A stretch of 64,000 nucleotides of DNA, from the NCBI RefSeq assembly GCF_009914755.1, contig NC_060926.1. One strand, given 5' to 3'. Positions 25,401-39,300 of this stretch are shown in pieces. Source of the stretch: the human T2T-CHM13v2.0 reference genome, Homo sapiens. Each line of letters opens with the position of its first letter. The stretch's first letter is position 1. A program made the position numbers and the translations under genes. The notes beneath the pieces were generated by a model. The model did not search any database, was not told the DNA's origin, and saw only the letters and a list, made by a program, of their open reading frames with translations.

Positions 25401-28400
25401 TTGAGAGAGCAGTTTTGAAACACTCTTTTTGTGGAATCTGCAAGTGGATATTTGTCTAGCTTTGAGGATTTCGTTGGAAACGGGATTACATATAAAAAGC
25501 AGACAGCAGCATTCCCAGAAACTTCTTTGTGATGTTTGCATTCAAGTCACAGAGTTGAACATTCCCTTTCATAGAGCAGGTTTGAAACACTCTTTTTGTA
25601 GTATCTGGATGTGGACATTTGCAGCGCTTTCAGGCCTAAGGTGAAAAAGGAAATATCTTCCCCTGAAAACTAGACAGAAGCATTCTCAGAAACTTATTTG
25701 TGATGTGCGCCCTCAACTAACAGTGTTGAAGCTTTCTTTTGATAGAGCAGTTTTGAAACACTCTTTTTGTGGAATCTGCAAGTGGATATTTGTCTAGCTT
25801 TGAGGATTTCGTTGGAAACGGGATTACATATAAAAAGCAGACAGCAGCATTCCCAGAATCTTGTTTGTGATGTTTGCATTCAAGTCACAGAGTTGAACAT
25901 TCCCTTTCAGAGAGCAGGTTTGAAACACTCTTTTTATAGTATCTGGATGTGGATATTTGGAGCGCTTTCAGGCCTATGGTGAAAAAGGAAATATCTTCTC
26001 CTGAAAACTAGACAGAAGCATTCTCAGAATCTTATTTGTGATGTGCGCCCTCAACTAACAGTGTTGAAGCTTTCTTTTGATAGAGCAGTTTTGAAACACT
26101 CTTTTCGTAAAATCTGCAAGAGGATATTTTGATAGCTTTGAGGATTTCGTTGGAAACGGGATTGTCTTCATATAAACTCTAGACAGAAGCATTCTCAGAA
26201 GCTTCATTGGGATGTTTCAGTTGAAGTCACAGTGTTGAACAGTCCCTTTCATAGAGCAGGTTTGAAACACTCTTTTTGTAGTATCTGGAAGTGGACATTT
26301 GGAGAGATCTCAGGAATACGGTGATAAAGGAAATATCTTCCAATAAAAGCTAGATAGAAGCAATGTCAGAAACTTTTTCATGATGTATCTACTCAGCTAA
26401 CAGAGTTGAACCTTTCTTTTGAGAGAGGAGTTTTGAAACACTCTTTTTGTGGAATCTGCAAGTGGATATTTGTCTAGCTTTGAGGATTTCGTTGGAAACG
26501 GTATTACATATAAAAAGCAGACAGCAGCATTCCCAGAAACTTCTTTGTGATGTTTGCATTCAAGTCACAGAGTTGAACATTCCCTTTCATAGAGCAGGTT
26601 TGAAACACTCTTTTTGTAGTATCTGGATGTGGACATTTGGAGCGCTTTCAGGCCTATGGTGAAAAAGGAAATATCTTCCCCTGAAAACTAGACAGAAGCA
26701 TTCTCAGAATCTTATTTGTGATGTGCGCCCTCAACTAACAGTGTTGAAGCTTTCTTTTGATAGAGCAGTTTTGAAACACTCTTTTCGTAAAATCTGCAAG
26801 AGGATATTTTGATAGCTTTGAGGATTTCGTTGGAAACGGGATTGTCTTCATATAAACTCTAGACAGAAGCATTCTCAGAAGCTTCATTGGGATGTTTCAG
26901 TTGAAGTCACAGTGTTGAACAGTCCCTTTCATAGAGCAGGTTTGAAACACTCTTTTTGTAGTATCTGGAAGTGGACATTTGGAGCGCTCTCAGGACTGCG
27001 GTGAAAAAGGAAATATCTTCCAATAAAAGCTACATAGAAGCAATGTCAGAAACTTTTTCATGATGTATCTACTCAGCTAACAGAGTTGGACCTTCCTTTG
27101 AGAGAGCAGTTTTGAAACACTCTTTTTGTGGAATCTGCAAGTGGATATTTGTCTAGCTTTGAGGATTTCGTTGGAAACGGGATTACATATAAAAAGCAGA
27201 CAGCAGCATTCCCAGAAACTTCTTTGTGATGTTTGCATTCAAGTCACAGAGTTGAACATTCCCTTTCATAGAGCAGGTTTGAAACACTCTTTTTGTAGTA
27301 TCTGGATGTGGACATTTGGAGCGCTTTCAGGCCTATGGTGAAAAAGGAAATATCTTCCCCTGAAAACTAGACAGAAGCATTCTCAGAATCTTATTTGTGA
27401 TGTGCGCCCTCAACTAACAGTGTTGAAGCTTTCTTTTGATAGAGCAGTTTTGAAACACTCTTTTTGTAAAATCTGCAAGAGGATATTTGGATAGCTTTGA
27501 GGATTTCGTTGGAAACGGGATTGTCTTCATATAAACTCTAGACAGAAGCATTCTCAGAAGCTTCATTGGGATGTTTCAGTTGAAGTCACAGTGTTGAACA
27601 GTCCCTTTCATAGAGCAGGTTTGAAACACTCTTTTTGTAGTATCTGGAAGTGGACATTTGGAGCGCTCTCAGGACTGCGGTGAAAAAGGAAATATCTTCC
27701 AATAAAAGCTAGATAGAAGCAATGTCAGAAACTTTTTCATGATGTATCTACTCAGCTAACAGAGTTGAACCTTCCTTTGAGAGAGCAGTTTTGAAACACT
27801 CTTTTTGTGGAATCTGCAAGTGGATATTTGTCTAGCTTTGAGGATTTCGTTGGAAACGGGATTACATATAAAAAGCAGACAGCAGCATTCCCAGAATCTT
27901 GTTTGTGATGTTTGCATTCAAGTCACAGAGTTGAACATTCCCTTTCAGAGAGCAGGTTTGAAACACTCTTTTTATAGTATCTGGATGTGGACATTTGGAG
28001 CGCTTTCAGGCCTATGGTGAAAAAGGAAATATCTTCTCCTGAAAACTAGACAGAAGCATTCTCAGAATCTTATTTGTGATGTGCGCCCTCAACTAACAGT
28101 GTTGAAGCTTTCTTTTGATAGAGCAGTTTTGAAACACTCTTTTCGTAAAATCTGCAAGAGGATATTTTGATAGCTTTGAGGATTTCGTTGGAAACGGGAT
28201 TGTCTTCATATAAACTCTAGACAGAAGCATTCTCAGAAGCTTCAGTGGGATGTTTCAATTGAAGTCACAGTGTTGAACAGTCCCTTTCATAGAGCAGGTT
28301 TGAAACACTCTTTTTGTAGTATCTGGAAGTGGACATTTGGAGAGATCTCAGGAATACGGTGATAAAGGAAATATCTTCCAATAAAAGCTAGATAGAAGCA

Positions 28401-31400
28401 ATGTCAGAAACTTTTTCATGATGTATCTACTCAGCTAACAGAGTTGAACCTTTCTTTTGAGAGAGCAGTTTTGAAACACTCTTTTTGTGGAATCTGCAAG
28501 TGGATATTTGTCTAGCTTTGAGGATTTCGTTGGAAACGGGATTACATATAAAAAGCAGACAGCAGCATTCCCAGTAACTTCTTTGTGATGTTTGCATTCA
28601 AGTCACAGAGTTGAACATTCCCTTTCATAGAGCAGGTTTGAAACACTCTTTTTGTAGTATCTGGATGTGGACATTTGCAGCGCTTTCAGGCCTAAGGTGA
28701 AAAAGGAAATATCTTCCCCTGAAAACCAGACAGAAGCATTCTCAGAAACTTATTTGTGATGTGCGCCCTCAACTAACAGTGTTGAAGCTTTCTTTTGATA
28801 GAGCAGCTTTGAAACACTCTTTTTGTGGAATCTGCAAGTGGATATTTGTCTAGCTTTGAGGATTTCGTTGGAAACGGGATTACATATAAAAAGCAGACAG
28901 CAGCATTCCCAGAATCTTGTTTGTGATGTTTGCATTCAAGTCACAGAGTTGAACATTCCCTTTCAGAGAGCAGGTTTGAAACACTCTTTTTATAGTATCT
29001 GGATGTGGACATTTGGAGCGCTTTCAGGCCTATGGTGAAAAAGGAAATATCTTCTCCTGAAAACTAGACAGAAGCATTCTCAGAATCTTATTTGTGATGT
29101 GCGCCCTCAACTAACAGTGTTGAAGCTTTCTTTTGATAGAGCAGTTTTGAAACACTCTTTTCGTAAAATCTGCAAGAGGATATTTTGATAGCTTTGAGGA
29201 TTTCGTTGGAAACGGGATTGTCTTCATATAAACTCTAGACAGAAGCATTCTCAGAAGCTTCATTGGGATGTTTCAGTTGAAGTCACAGTGTTGAACAGTC
29301 CCTTTCATAGAGCAGGTTTGAAACACTCTTTTTGTAGTATCTGGAAGTGGACATTTGGAGCGCTCTCAGGACTGCGGTGAAAAAGGAAATATCTTCCAAT
29401 AAAAGCTACATAGAAGCAATGTCAGAAACTTTTTCATGATGTATCTACTCAGCTAACAGAGTTGGACCTTCCTTTGAGAGAGCAGTTTTGAAACACTCTT
29501 TTTGTGGAATCTGCAAGTGGATATTTGTCTAGCTTTGAGGATTTCGTTGGAAACGGGATTACATATAAAAAGCAGACAGCAGCATTCCCAGAAACTTCTT
29601 TGTGATGTTTGCATTCAAGTCACAGAGTTGAACATTCCCTTTCATAGAGCAGGTTTGAAACACTCTTTTTGTAGTATCTGGATGTGGACATTTGGAGCGC
29701 TTTCAGGCCTATGGTGAAAAAGGAAATATCTTCCCCTGAAAACTAGACAGAAGCATTCTCAGAAACTTATTTGTGATGTGCCCCCTCAACTAACAGTGTT
29801 GAAGCTTTCTTTTGATAGAGCAGTTTTGAAACACTCTTTTTGTGGAATCTGCAAGTGGATATTTGTCTAGCTTTGAGGATTTCGTTGGAAACGGGATTAC
29901 ATATAAAAAGCAGACAGCAGCATTCCCAGAATCTTGTTTGTGATGTTTGCATTCAAGTCACAGAGTTGAACATTCCCTTTCAGAGAGCAGGTTTGAAACA
30001 CTCTTTTTATAGTATCTGGATGTGGACATTTGGAGCGCTTTCAGGCCTATGGTGAAAAAGGAAATATCTTCTCCTGAAAACTAGACAGAAGCATTCTCAG
30101 AATCTTATTTGTGATGTGCGCCCTCAACTAACAGTGTTGAAGCTTTCTTTTGATAGAGCAGTTTTGAAACACTCTGTTCGTAAAATCTGCAAGAGGATAT
30201 TTTGATTGCTTTGAGGATTTCGTTGGATACGGGATTGTCTTCATATAAACTCTAGACAGAAGCATTCTCAGAAGCTTCATTGGGATGTTTCAATTGAAGT
30301 CACAGTGTTGAACAGTCCCTTTCATAGAGCAGGTTTGAAACACTCTTTTTGTAGTATCTGGAAGTGGACATTTGGAGAGATCTCAGGAATACGGTGATAA
30401 AGGAAATATCTTCCAATAAAAGCTAGATAGAAGCAATGTCAGAAACTTTTTCATGATGTATCTACTCAGCTAACAGAGTTGAACCTTTCTTTTGAGAGAG
30501 CAGTTTTGAAACACTCTTTTTGTGGAATCTGCAAGTGGATATTTGTCTAGCTTTGAGGATTTCGTTGGAAACGGGATTACATATAAAAAGCAGACAGCAG
30601 CATTCCCAGTAACTTCTTTGTGATGTTTGCATTCAAGTCACAGAGTTGAACATTCCCTTTCATAGAGCAGGTTTGAAACACTCTTTTTGTAGTATCTGGA
30701 TGTGGACATTTGGAGCGCTTTCAGGCCTATGGTGAAAAAGGAAATATCTTCCCCTGAAAACTAGACAGAAGCATTCTCAGAATCTTATTTGTGATGTGCG
30801 CCCTCAACTAACAGTGTTGAAGCTTTCTTTTGATAGAGCAGTTTTGAAACACTCTTTTTGTAAAATCTGCAAGAGGATATTTGGATAGCTTTGAGGATTT
30901 CGTTGGAAACGGGATTGTCTTCATATAAACTCTAGACAGAAGCATTCTCAGAAGCTTCATTGGGATGTTTTAGTTGAAGTCACAGTGTTGAACAGTCCCT
31001 TTCATAGAGCAGGTTTGAAACACTCTTTTTGTAGTATCTGGAAGTGGACATTTGGAGCGCTCTCAGGACTGCGGTGAAAAAGGAAATATCTTCCAATAAA
31101 AGCTAGATAGAAGCAATGTCAGAAACTTTTTCATGATGTATCTACTCAGCTAACAGAGTTGAACCTTCCTTTGAGAGAGCAGTTTTGAAACACTCTTTTT
31201 GTGGAATCTGCAAGTGGATATTTGTCTAGCTTTGAGGATTTCGTTGGAAACGGGATTACATATAAAAAGCAGACAGCAGCATTCCCAGAAACTTCTTTGT
31301 GATGTTTGCATTCAAGTCACAGAGTTGAACATTCCCTTTCATAGAGCAGGTTTGAAAAACTCTTTTTGTAATATCTGGATGTGGACATTTGCAGCGCTTT

Positions 31401-34400
31401 CAGGCCTAAGGTGAAAAAGGAAATATCTTCCCCTGAAAACTAGACAGAAGCATTCTCAGAAACTTATTTGTGATGTGCGCCCTCAACTAACAGTGTTGAA
31501 GCTTTCTTTTGATAGAGCAGTTTTGAAACACTCTTTTTGTGGAATCTGCAAGTGGATATTTGTCTAGCTTTGAGGATTTCGTTGGAAACGGGATTACATA
31601 TAAAAAGCAGACAGCAGCATTCCTAGAATCTTGTTTGTGATGTTTGCATTCAAAAAACAGAGTTGAACATTCCCTTTCAGAGAGCAGGTTTGAAACACTC
31701 TTTTTATAGTATCTGGATGTGGACATTTGGAGCGCTTTCAGGCCTATGGTGAAAAAGGAAATATCTTCTCCTGAAAACTAGACAGAAGCATTCTCAGAAT
31801 CTTATTTGTGATGTGGGCCCTCAACTAACAGTGTTGAAGCTTTCTTTTGATAGAGCAGTTTTGAAACACTCTTTTCGTAAAATCTGCAAGAGGATATTTT
31901 GATAGCTTTGAGGATTTCGTTGGAAACGGGATTGTCTTCATATAAACTCTAGACAGAAGCATTCTCAGAAGCTTCAGTGGGATGTTTCAATTGATGTCAC
32001 AGTGTTGAACAGTCCCTTTCATAGAGCAGGTTTGAAACACTCTTTTTGTAGTATCTGGAAGTGGACATTTGGAGAGATCTCAGGAATACGGTGATAAAGG
32101 AAATATCTTCCAATAAAAGCTAGATAGAAGCAATGTCAGAAACTTTTTCATGATGTATCTACTCAGCTAACAGAGTTGAACCTTTCTTTTGAGAGAGCAG
32201 TTTTGAAACACTCTTTTTGTGGAATCTGCAAGTGGATATTTGTCTAGCTTTGAGGATTTCGTTGGAAACGGGATTACATATAAAAAGCAGACAGCAGCAT
32301 TCCCAGAAACTTCTTTGTGATGTTTGCATTCAAGTCACAGAGTTGAACATTCCCTTTCATAGAGCAGGTTTGAAACACTCTTTTTGTAGTATCTGTATGT
32401 GGACATTTGGAGCGCTTTCAGGCTTATGGTGAAAAAGGAAATATCTTCCCCTGAAAACTAGACAGAAGCATTCTCAGAAACTTATTTGTGATGTGCGCCC
32501 TCAACTAACAGTGTTGAACCTTTCTTTTGATAGAGCAGTTTTGAAACACTCTTTTTGTAATATCTGCAAGAGGATATTTGGATAGCTTTGAGGATATCGT
32601 TGGAAACGGGATTGTCTTCATATAAACTCTAGACAGAAGCATTCTCAGAAGCTTCATTTGGATGTTTCAATTGAAGTCACAGTGTTGAACAGTCCCTTTC
32701 ATAGAGCAGGTTTGAAACACTCTTTTTGTAGTATCTGGAAGTGGACATTTGGAGCGCTCTCAGGACTGCGGTGAAAAAGGAAAAATCTTCCAATAAAAGC
32801 TACATAGAAGCAATGTCAGAAACTTTTTCATGATGTATCTACTCAGCTAACAGAGTTGAACATTCCTTTGAGAGAGCAGTTTTGAAACACTCTTTTTGTG
32901 GAATCTGCAAGTGGATATTTGTCTAGCTTTGAGGATTTCGTTGGAAACGGGATTACATATAAAAAGCAGACAGCAGCATTCCCAGAAACTTCTTTGTGAT
33001 GTTTGCATTCAAGTCACAGAGTTGAACATTCCCTTTCATAGAGCAGGTTTGAAACACTCTTTTTGTAGTATCTGGATGTGGACATTTGGAGCGCTTTCAG
33101 GCCTATGGTGAAAAAGGAAATATCTTCCCCTGAAAACTAGACAGAAGCATTCTCAGAATCTTATTTGTGATGTGCGCCCTCAACTAACAGTGTTGAAGCT
33201 TTCTTTTGATAGAGCAGTTTTGAAACACTCTTTTTGTAAAATCTGCAAGAGGATAATTTGATAGCTTTGAGGAATTCGTTGGAAACGGGATTGTCTTCAT
33301 ATAAACTCTAGACAGAAGCATTCTCAGAAGCTTCATTGGGATGTTTCAGTTGAAGTCACAGTGTTGAACAGTCCCTTTCATAGAGCAGGTTTGAAACACT
33401 CTTTTTGTAGTATCTGGAAGTGGACATTTGGAGCGCTCTCAGGACTGCGGTGAAAAAGGAAATATCTTCCAATAAAAGCTAGATAGAAGCAATGTCAGAA
33501 ACTTTTTCATGATGTATCTACTCAGCTAACAGAGTTGAACCTTCCTTTGAGAGAGCAGTTTTGAAACACTCCTTTTGTGGAATCTGCAAGTGGATATTTG
33601 TCTAGCTTTGAGGATTTCGTTGGAAACGGGATTACATATAAAAAGCAGACAGCAGCATTCCCAGAAACTTCTTTGTGATGTTTGCATTCAAGTCACAGAG
33701 TTGAACATTCCCTTTCATAGAGCAGGTTTGAAACACATTTTTTGTAGTATCTGGATGTGGACATTTGCAGCGCTTTCAGGCCTAAGGTGAAAAAGGAAAT
33801 ATCTTCCCCTGAAAACTAGACAGAAGCATTCTCAGAAACTTATTTGTGATGTGCGCCCTCAACTAACAGTGTTGAAGCTTTCTTTTGATAGAGCAGTTTT
33901 GAAACACTCTTTTTGTGGAATCTGCAAGTGGATATTTGTCTAGCTTTGAGGATTTCGTTGGAAACGGGATTACATATAAAAGGCAGACAGCAGCATTCCC
34001 AGAATCTTGTTTGTGATGTTTGCATTCAAGTCACAGAGTTCAACATTCCCTTTCAGAGAGCAGGTTTGAAACACTCTTTTTATAGTATCTGGATGTGGAC
34101 ATTTGGAGCGCTTTCAGGCTTATGGTGAAAAAGGAAATATCTTCTCCTGAAAACTAGACAGAAGCATTCTCAGAATCTTATTTGTGATGTGCGTCCTCAA
34201 CTAACAGTGTTGAAGCTTTCTTTTGATAGAGCAGTTTTGAAACACTCTTTTCGTAAAATCTGCAAGAGGATATTTTGATAGCTTTGAGGATTTCGTTGGA
34301 AACGGGATTGTCTTCATATAAACTCTAGACAGAAGCATTCTCAGAAGCTTCATTGGGATGTTTCAATTGAAGTCACAGTGTTGAACAGTCCCTTTCATAG

Positions 34401-35015
34401 AGCAGGTTTGAAACACTCTTTTTGTAGTATCTGGAAGTGGACATTTGGAGAGATCTCAGGAATACGGTGATAAAGGAAATATCTTCCAATAAAAGCTAGA
34501 TAGAAGCAATGTCAGAAACTTTTTCATGATGTATCTACTCAGCTAACAGAGTTGAACCTTTCTTTTGAGAGAGCAGTTTTGAAACTCTCTTTTTGTGGAA
34601 TCTGCAAGTGGATATTTGTCTAGCTTTGAGGATTTCGTTGGAAACGGGATTACATGTAAAAAGCAGACAGCAGCATTCCCAGAAACTACTTTGTGATGTT
34701 TGCATTCAAGTCACAGAGTTGAACATTCCCTTTCATAGAGCAGGTTTGAAACACTCTTTTTGTAGTATCTGTATGTGGACATTTGGAGCACTTTCAGGCC
34801 TATGGTGAAAAAGGAAATATCTTCCCCTGAAAACTAGACAGAAGCATTCTCAGAAACTTATTTGTGATGTGCGCCCTCAACTAACAGTGTTGAACCTTTC
34901 TTTTGATAGAGCAGTTTTGAAACACTCTTTTTGTAATATCTGCAAGAGGATATTTGGATAGCTTTGAGGATTTCGTTGGAAACGGGATTGTCTTCATATA
35001 AACTCTAGACAGAAG

Positions 35016-36369
35016 CATTCTCAGAAGCTTCATTGGGATGTTTCAATTGAACTCACAGTGTTGAACTGTTCCTTTCATAGAACAAGTTTGAAACACTCTT
35101 TTTGTAGTATCTGGAAGTGGACATTTGGAGCGCTCTCAGGACTACGGTGAAAATGGAAATATCTTCCAATAAAAGCTACATAGAAGCAATGTCAGAAACT
35201 TTTTCATGATGTATCTACTCAGCTAACAGAGTTGAACCTTTCCTTTGAGAGAGCAGTTTTGAAACACTCTTTTTGTGGAATCTGCAAGTGGATATTTGTC
35301 TAGCTTTGAGGATTTCGTTGGAAACGGGATTACATATAAAAAGCAGACAGCAGCATTCCCAGTAACTTCTTTGTGATGTTTGCATTCAAGTCACAGAGTT
35401 GAACATTCCGTTTCATAGAGCAGGTTTGAAACACTCTTTTTGTAGTATCTGGATGTGGACATTTGGAGCGTTTGCAGGCCTATGGTTTAAAAGGAAATAT
35501 CTTCCCCTGAAAACTAGACAGAAGCATTCTCAGAAACTTATTTGTGATGTGCGCCCTCAACTAACAGTTTTGAAGCATTCTTTTGATAGAGCAGTTTTGA
35601 AACACTCTTTTTGTGGAATCTGCAAGTGGATATTTGTCTAGCTTTCAGGATTTCGTTGGAAACGGGATTACATATAAAAAGCAGACAGCAGCATTCCCAG
35701 AATCTTGTTTGTGATGTTGCATTCAAGTCACAGAGTTGAACATTCCCTTTCATAGAGCAGGTTTGAAACACTCTTTTTATAGTATCTGGATGTGGACATT
35801 TGGAGCGCTTTCAGGCCTGTGGTGAAAAAGGAAATATCTTCTCCTGAAAACTACACAGAAGCATTCTCAGAATCTTATTTGTGATGTGCGCCCTCAACTA
35901 ACAGTGTTGAACCTTTCTTTTGATAGAGCAGTTTTGAAACACTCTTTTGTAATATCTGCAAGAGGATATTTGGATAGCTTTGAGGATTTCGTTGGAAACG
36001 GGATTACATATAAAAAGCAGACAGCAGCATTCCCAGAATCTTGATTGTGATGTTTGCATTCAAGTCACAGAGTTGAACATTCCCTTTCAGAGAGCAGGTT
36101 TGAAACACTCTTTTTATAGTATCTGGATGTGGACATTTGGAGCGCTTTCAGGCCTATGGTGAAAAAGGAAATATCTTCTCCTGAAAACTAGACAGAAGCA
36201 TTCTCAGAATCTTATTTGTGATGTGCGCCCTCAACTAACAGTGTTGAAGCTTTCTTTTGATAGAGCAGTTTTGAAACACTCTTTTCGTAAAATCTGCAAG
36301 AGGATATTTTGATAGCTTTGAGGATTTCGTTGGAAACGGGATTGTCTTCATATAAACTCTAGACAGAAG
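35016..36369 (+). repeat. 1354-bp 8-mer variant (m1-m2-m3-m4/2-m3-m4/2-m3-m4) at the domain II/III boundary
   Basis: XbaI 35004 to 36358. It has two extra m4/2-m3 dimers with different breakpoints and two 1-bp deletions (gatgttgc near 35717; actcttttgt near 35945). Confidence 0.88.
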
Positions 36370-39300
36370 CATTCTCAGAAGCTTCATTGGGATGTTTCAA
36401 TTGAAGTCACAGTGTTGAACACTCCCTTTCATAGAGCAGGTTTGAAACACTCTTTTTGTAGTATCTGGAAGTGGACATTTGGAGAGATCTCAGGAATACG
36501 GTGATAAAGGAAATATCTTCCAATAAAAGCTAGATAGAAGCAATGTCAGAAACTTTTTCATGATGTATCTACTCAGCTACCAGAGTTGAACCTTTCTTTT
36601 GAGAGAGCAGTTTTGAAACACTCTTTTTGTGGGATCTGCAAGTGGATATTTGTCTAGCTTTGAGGATTTCGTTGGAAACGGGATTACATATAAAAAGCAG
36701 ACAGCAGCATTCCCAGAAACTTCTTTGTGAAGTTTGCATTCAAGTCACAGAGTTGAACATTCCCTTTCATAGAGCAGGTTTGAAACACTCTTTTTGTAGT
36801 ATCTGGATGTGGACATTTGGAGCGCTTTCAGGCCTATGGTGAAAAAGGAAATATCTTCCCCTGAAAACTAGACAGAAGCATTCTCAGAAACTTATTTGTG
36901 ATGTGCGCCCTCAACTAACAGTGTTGAAGCTTTCTTTTGATAGAGCAGTTTTGAAACACTCTTTTTGTAATATCTGCAAGAGGATATTTGGATAGCTTTG
37001 AGGATTTCGTTGGAAACGGGATTGTCTTCATATAAACTCTAGACAGAAGCATTCTCAGAAGCTTCATTGGGATGTTTCAATTGAAGTCACAGTGTTGAAC
37101 AGTTCCTTTCATAGAACAGGTTTGAAACACTCTTTTTGTAGTATCTGGAAGTGGACATTTGGAGCGCTCTCAGGACTATGGTGAAAAAGGAAATATCTTC
37201 CAATAAAAGCTACATAGAAGCAATGTCAGAAACTTTTTCATGATGTATCTACTCAGCTAACAGAGTTGAACCTTTCCTTTGAGAGAGCAGTTTTGAAACA
37301 CTCTTTTTGTGGAATCTGCAAGTGGATATTTGTCTAGCTTTGAGGATTTCGTTGGAAACGGGATTACATATAAAAAGCAGACAGCAGCATTCCCAGAATC
37401 TTGATTGTGATGTTTGCATTCAAGTCACAGAGTTCAACATTCCCTTTCAGAGAGCAGGTTTGAAACACTCTTTTTATAGTATCTGGATGTGGACATTTGG
37501 AGCGCTTTCAGGCCTATGGTGAAAAAGGAAATATCTTCTCCTGAAAACTAGACAGAAGCATTCTCAGAATCTTATTTGTGATGTGCGCCCTCAACTAACA
37601 GTGTTGAAGCTTTCTTTTGATAGAGCAGTTTTGAAACACTCTTTTCGTAAAATCTGCAAGAGGATATTTTGATAGCTTTGAGGATTTCGTTGGAAACGGG
37701 ATTGTCTTCATATAAACTCTAGACAGAAGCATTCTCAGAAGCTTCATTGGGATGTTTCAATTGAAGTCACAGTGTTGAACAGTCCCTTTCATAGAGCAGG
37801 TTTGAAACACTCTTTTTGTAGTATCTGGAAGTGGACATTTGGAGAGATCTCAGGAATACGGTGATAAAGGAAATATCTTCCAATAAAAGCTAGATAGAAG
37901 CAATGTCAGAAACTTTTTCATGATGTATCTACTCAGCTAACAGAGTTGAACCTTTCTTTTGAGAGAGCAGTTTTGAAACACTCTTTTTGTGGAATCTACA
38001 AGTGGATATTTGTCTAGCTTTGAGGATTTCGTTGGAAACGGGATTACATATAAAAAGCAGACAGCAGCATTCCCAGAAACTTCTTTGTGATGTTTGCATT
38101 CAAGTCACAGAGTTGAACATTCCCTTTCATAGAGCAGGTTTGAAACACTCTTTTTGTAGTATCTGGATGTGGACATTTGGAGCGCTTTGAGGCCTATGGT
38201 GAAAAAGGAAATATCTTCCCCTGAAAACTAGACAGAAGCATTCTCAGAAACTTATTTGTGATGTGCGCCCTCAACTAACAGTGTTGAAGCTTTCTTTTGA
38301 TAGAGCAGTTTTGAAACACTCTTTTTGTAATATCTGCAAGAGGATATTTGGATAGCTTTGAGGATTTCGTTGGAAACGGGATTGTCTTCATATAAACTCT
38401 AGACAGAAGCATTCTCAGAAGCTTCATTGGGATGTTTCAATTGAAGTCACAGTGTTGAACAGTTCCTTTCATAGAACAGGTTTGAAACACTCTTTTTGTA
38501 GTATCTGGAAGTGGACATTTGGAGCGCTCTCAGGACTATGGTGAAAAAGGAAATATCTTCCAATAAAAGCTACATAGAAGCAATGTCAGAAACTTTTTCA
38601 TGATGTATCTACTCAGCTAACAGAGTTGAACCTTTCCTTTGAGAGAGCAGTTTTGAAACACTCTTTTTGTGGAATCTGCAAGTGGATATTTGTCTAGCTT
38701 TGAGGATTTCGTTGGAAACGGGATTACATATAAAAAGCAGACAGCAGCATTCCCAGAATCTTGATTGTGATGTTTGCATTCAAGTCACAGAGTTCAACAT
38801 TCCCTTTCAGAGAGCAGGTTTGAAACACTCTTTTTATAGTATCTGGATGTGGACATTTGGAGCGCTTTCAGGCCTATGGTGAAAAAGGAAATATCTTCTC
38901 CTGAAAACTAGACAGAAGCATTCTCAGAATCTTATTTGTGATGTGCGCCCTCAACTAACAGTGTTGAAGCTTTCTTTTGATAGAGCAGTTTTGAAACACT
39001 CTTTTCGTAAAATCTGCAAGAGGATATTTTGATAGCTTTGAGGATTTCGTTGGAAACGGGATTGTCTTCATATATACTCTAGACAGAAGCATTCTCAGAA
39101 GCTTCATTGGGATGTTTCAATTGAAGTCACAGTGTTGAACAGTCCCTTTCATAGAGCAGGTTTGAAACACTCTTTTTGTAGTATCTGGAAGTGGACATTT
39201 GGAGAGATCTCAGGAATACGGTGATAAAGGAAATATCTTCCAATAAAAGCTAGATAGAAGCAATGTCAGAAACTTTTTCATGATGTATCTACTCAGCTAA

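Larger units (their letters stand above)
14311..36369 (+). repeat. Sub-domain II: interspersed 679/680-bp 4-mers and 1016-1018-bp 6-mers (m1-m2-m3-m4/2-m3'-m4)
   Basis: XbaI fragments read in monomers: 4,6,4,6,6,4,6,6,4,2,4,4,4,4,6,4,4,4,6,6,4,6,4,4,6,4,8. Frequent markers are the 166-bp m2 (ccttcctttg), ctgcggtg, tttcagttgaag, gcagcgctttcaggcctaagg, aatcttgtttg and ttttcgtaaaa. Confidence 0.9.
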
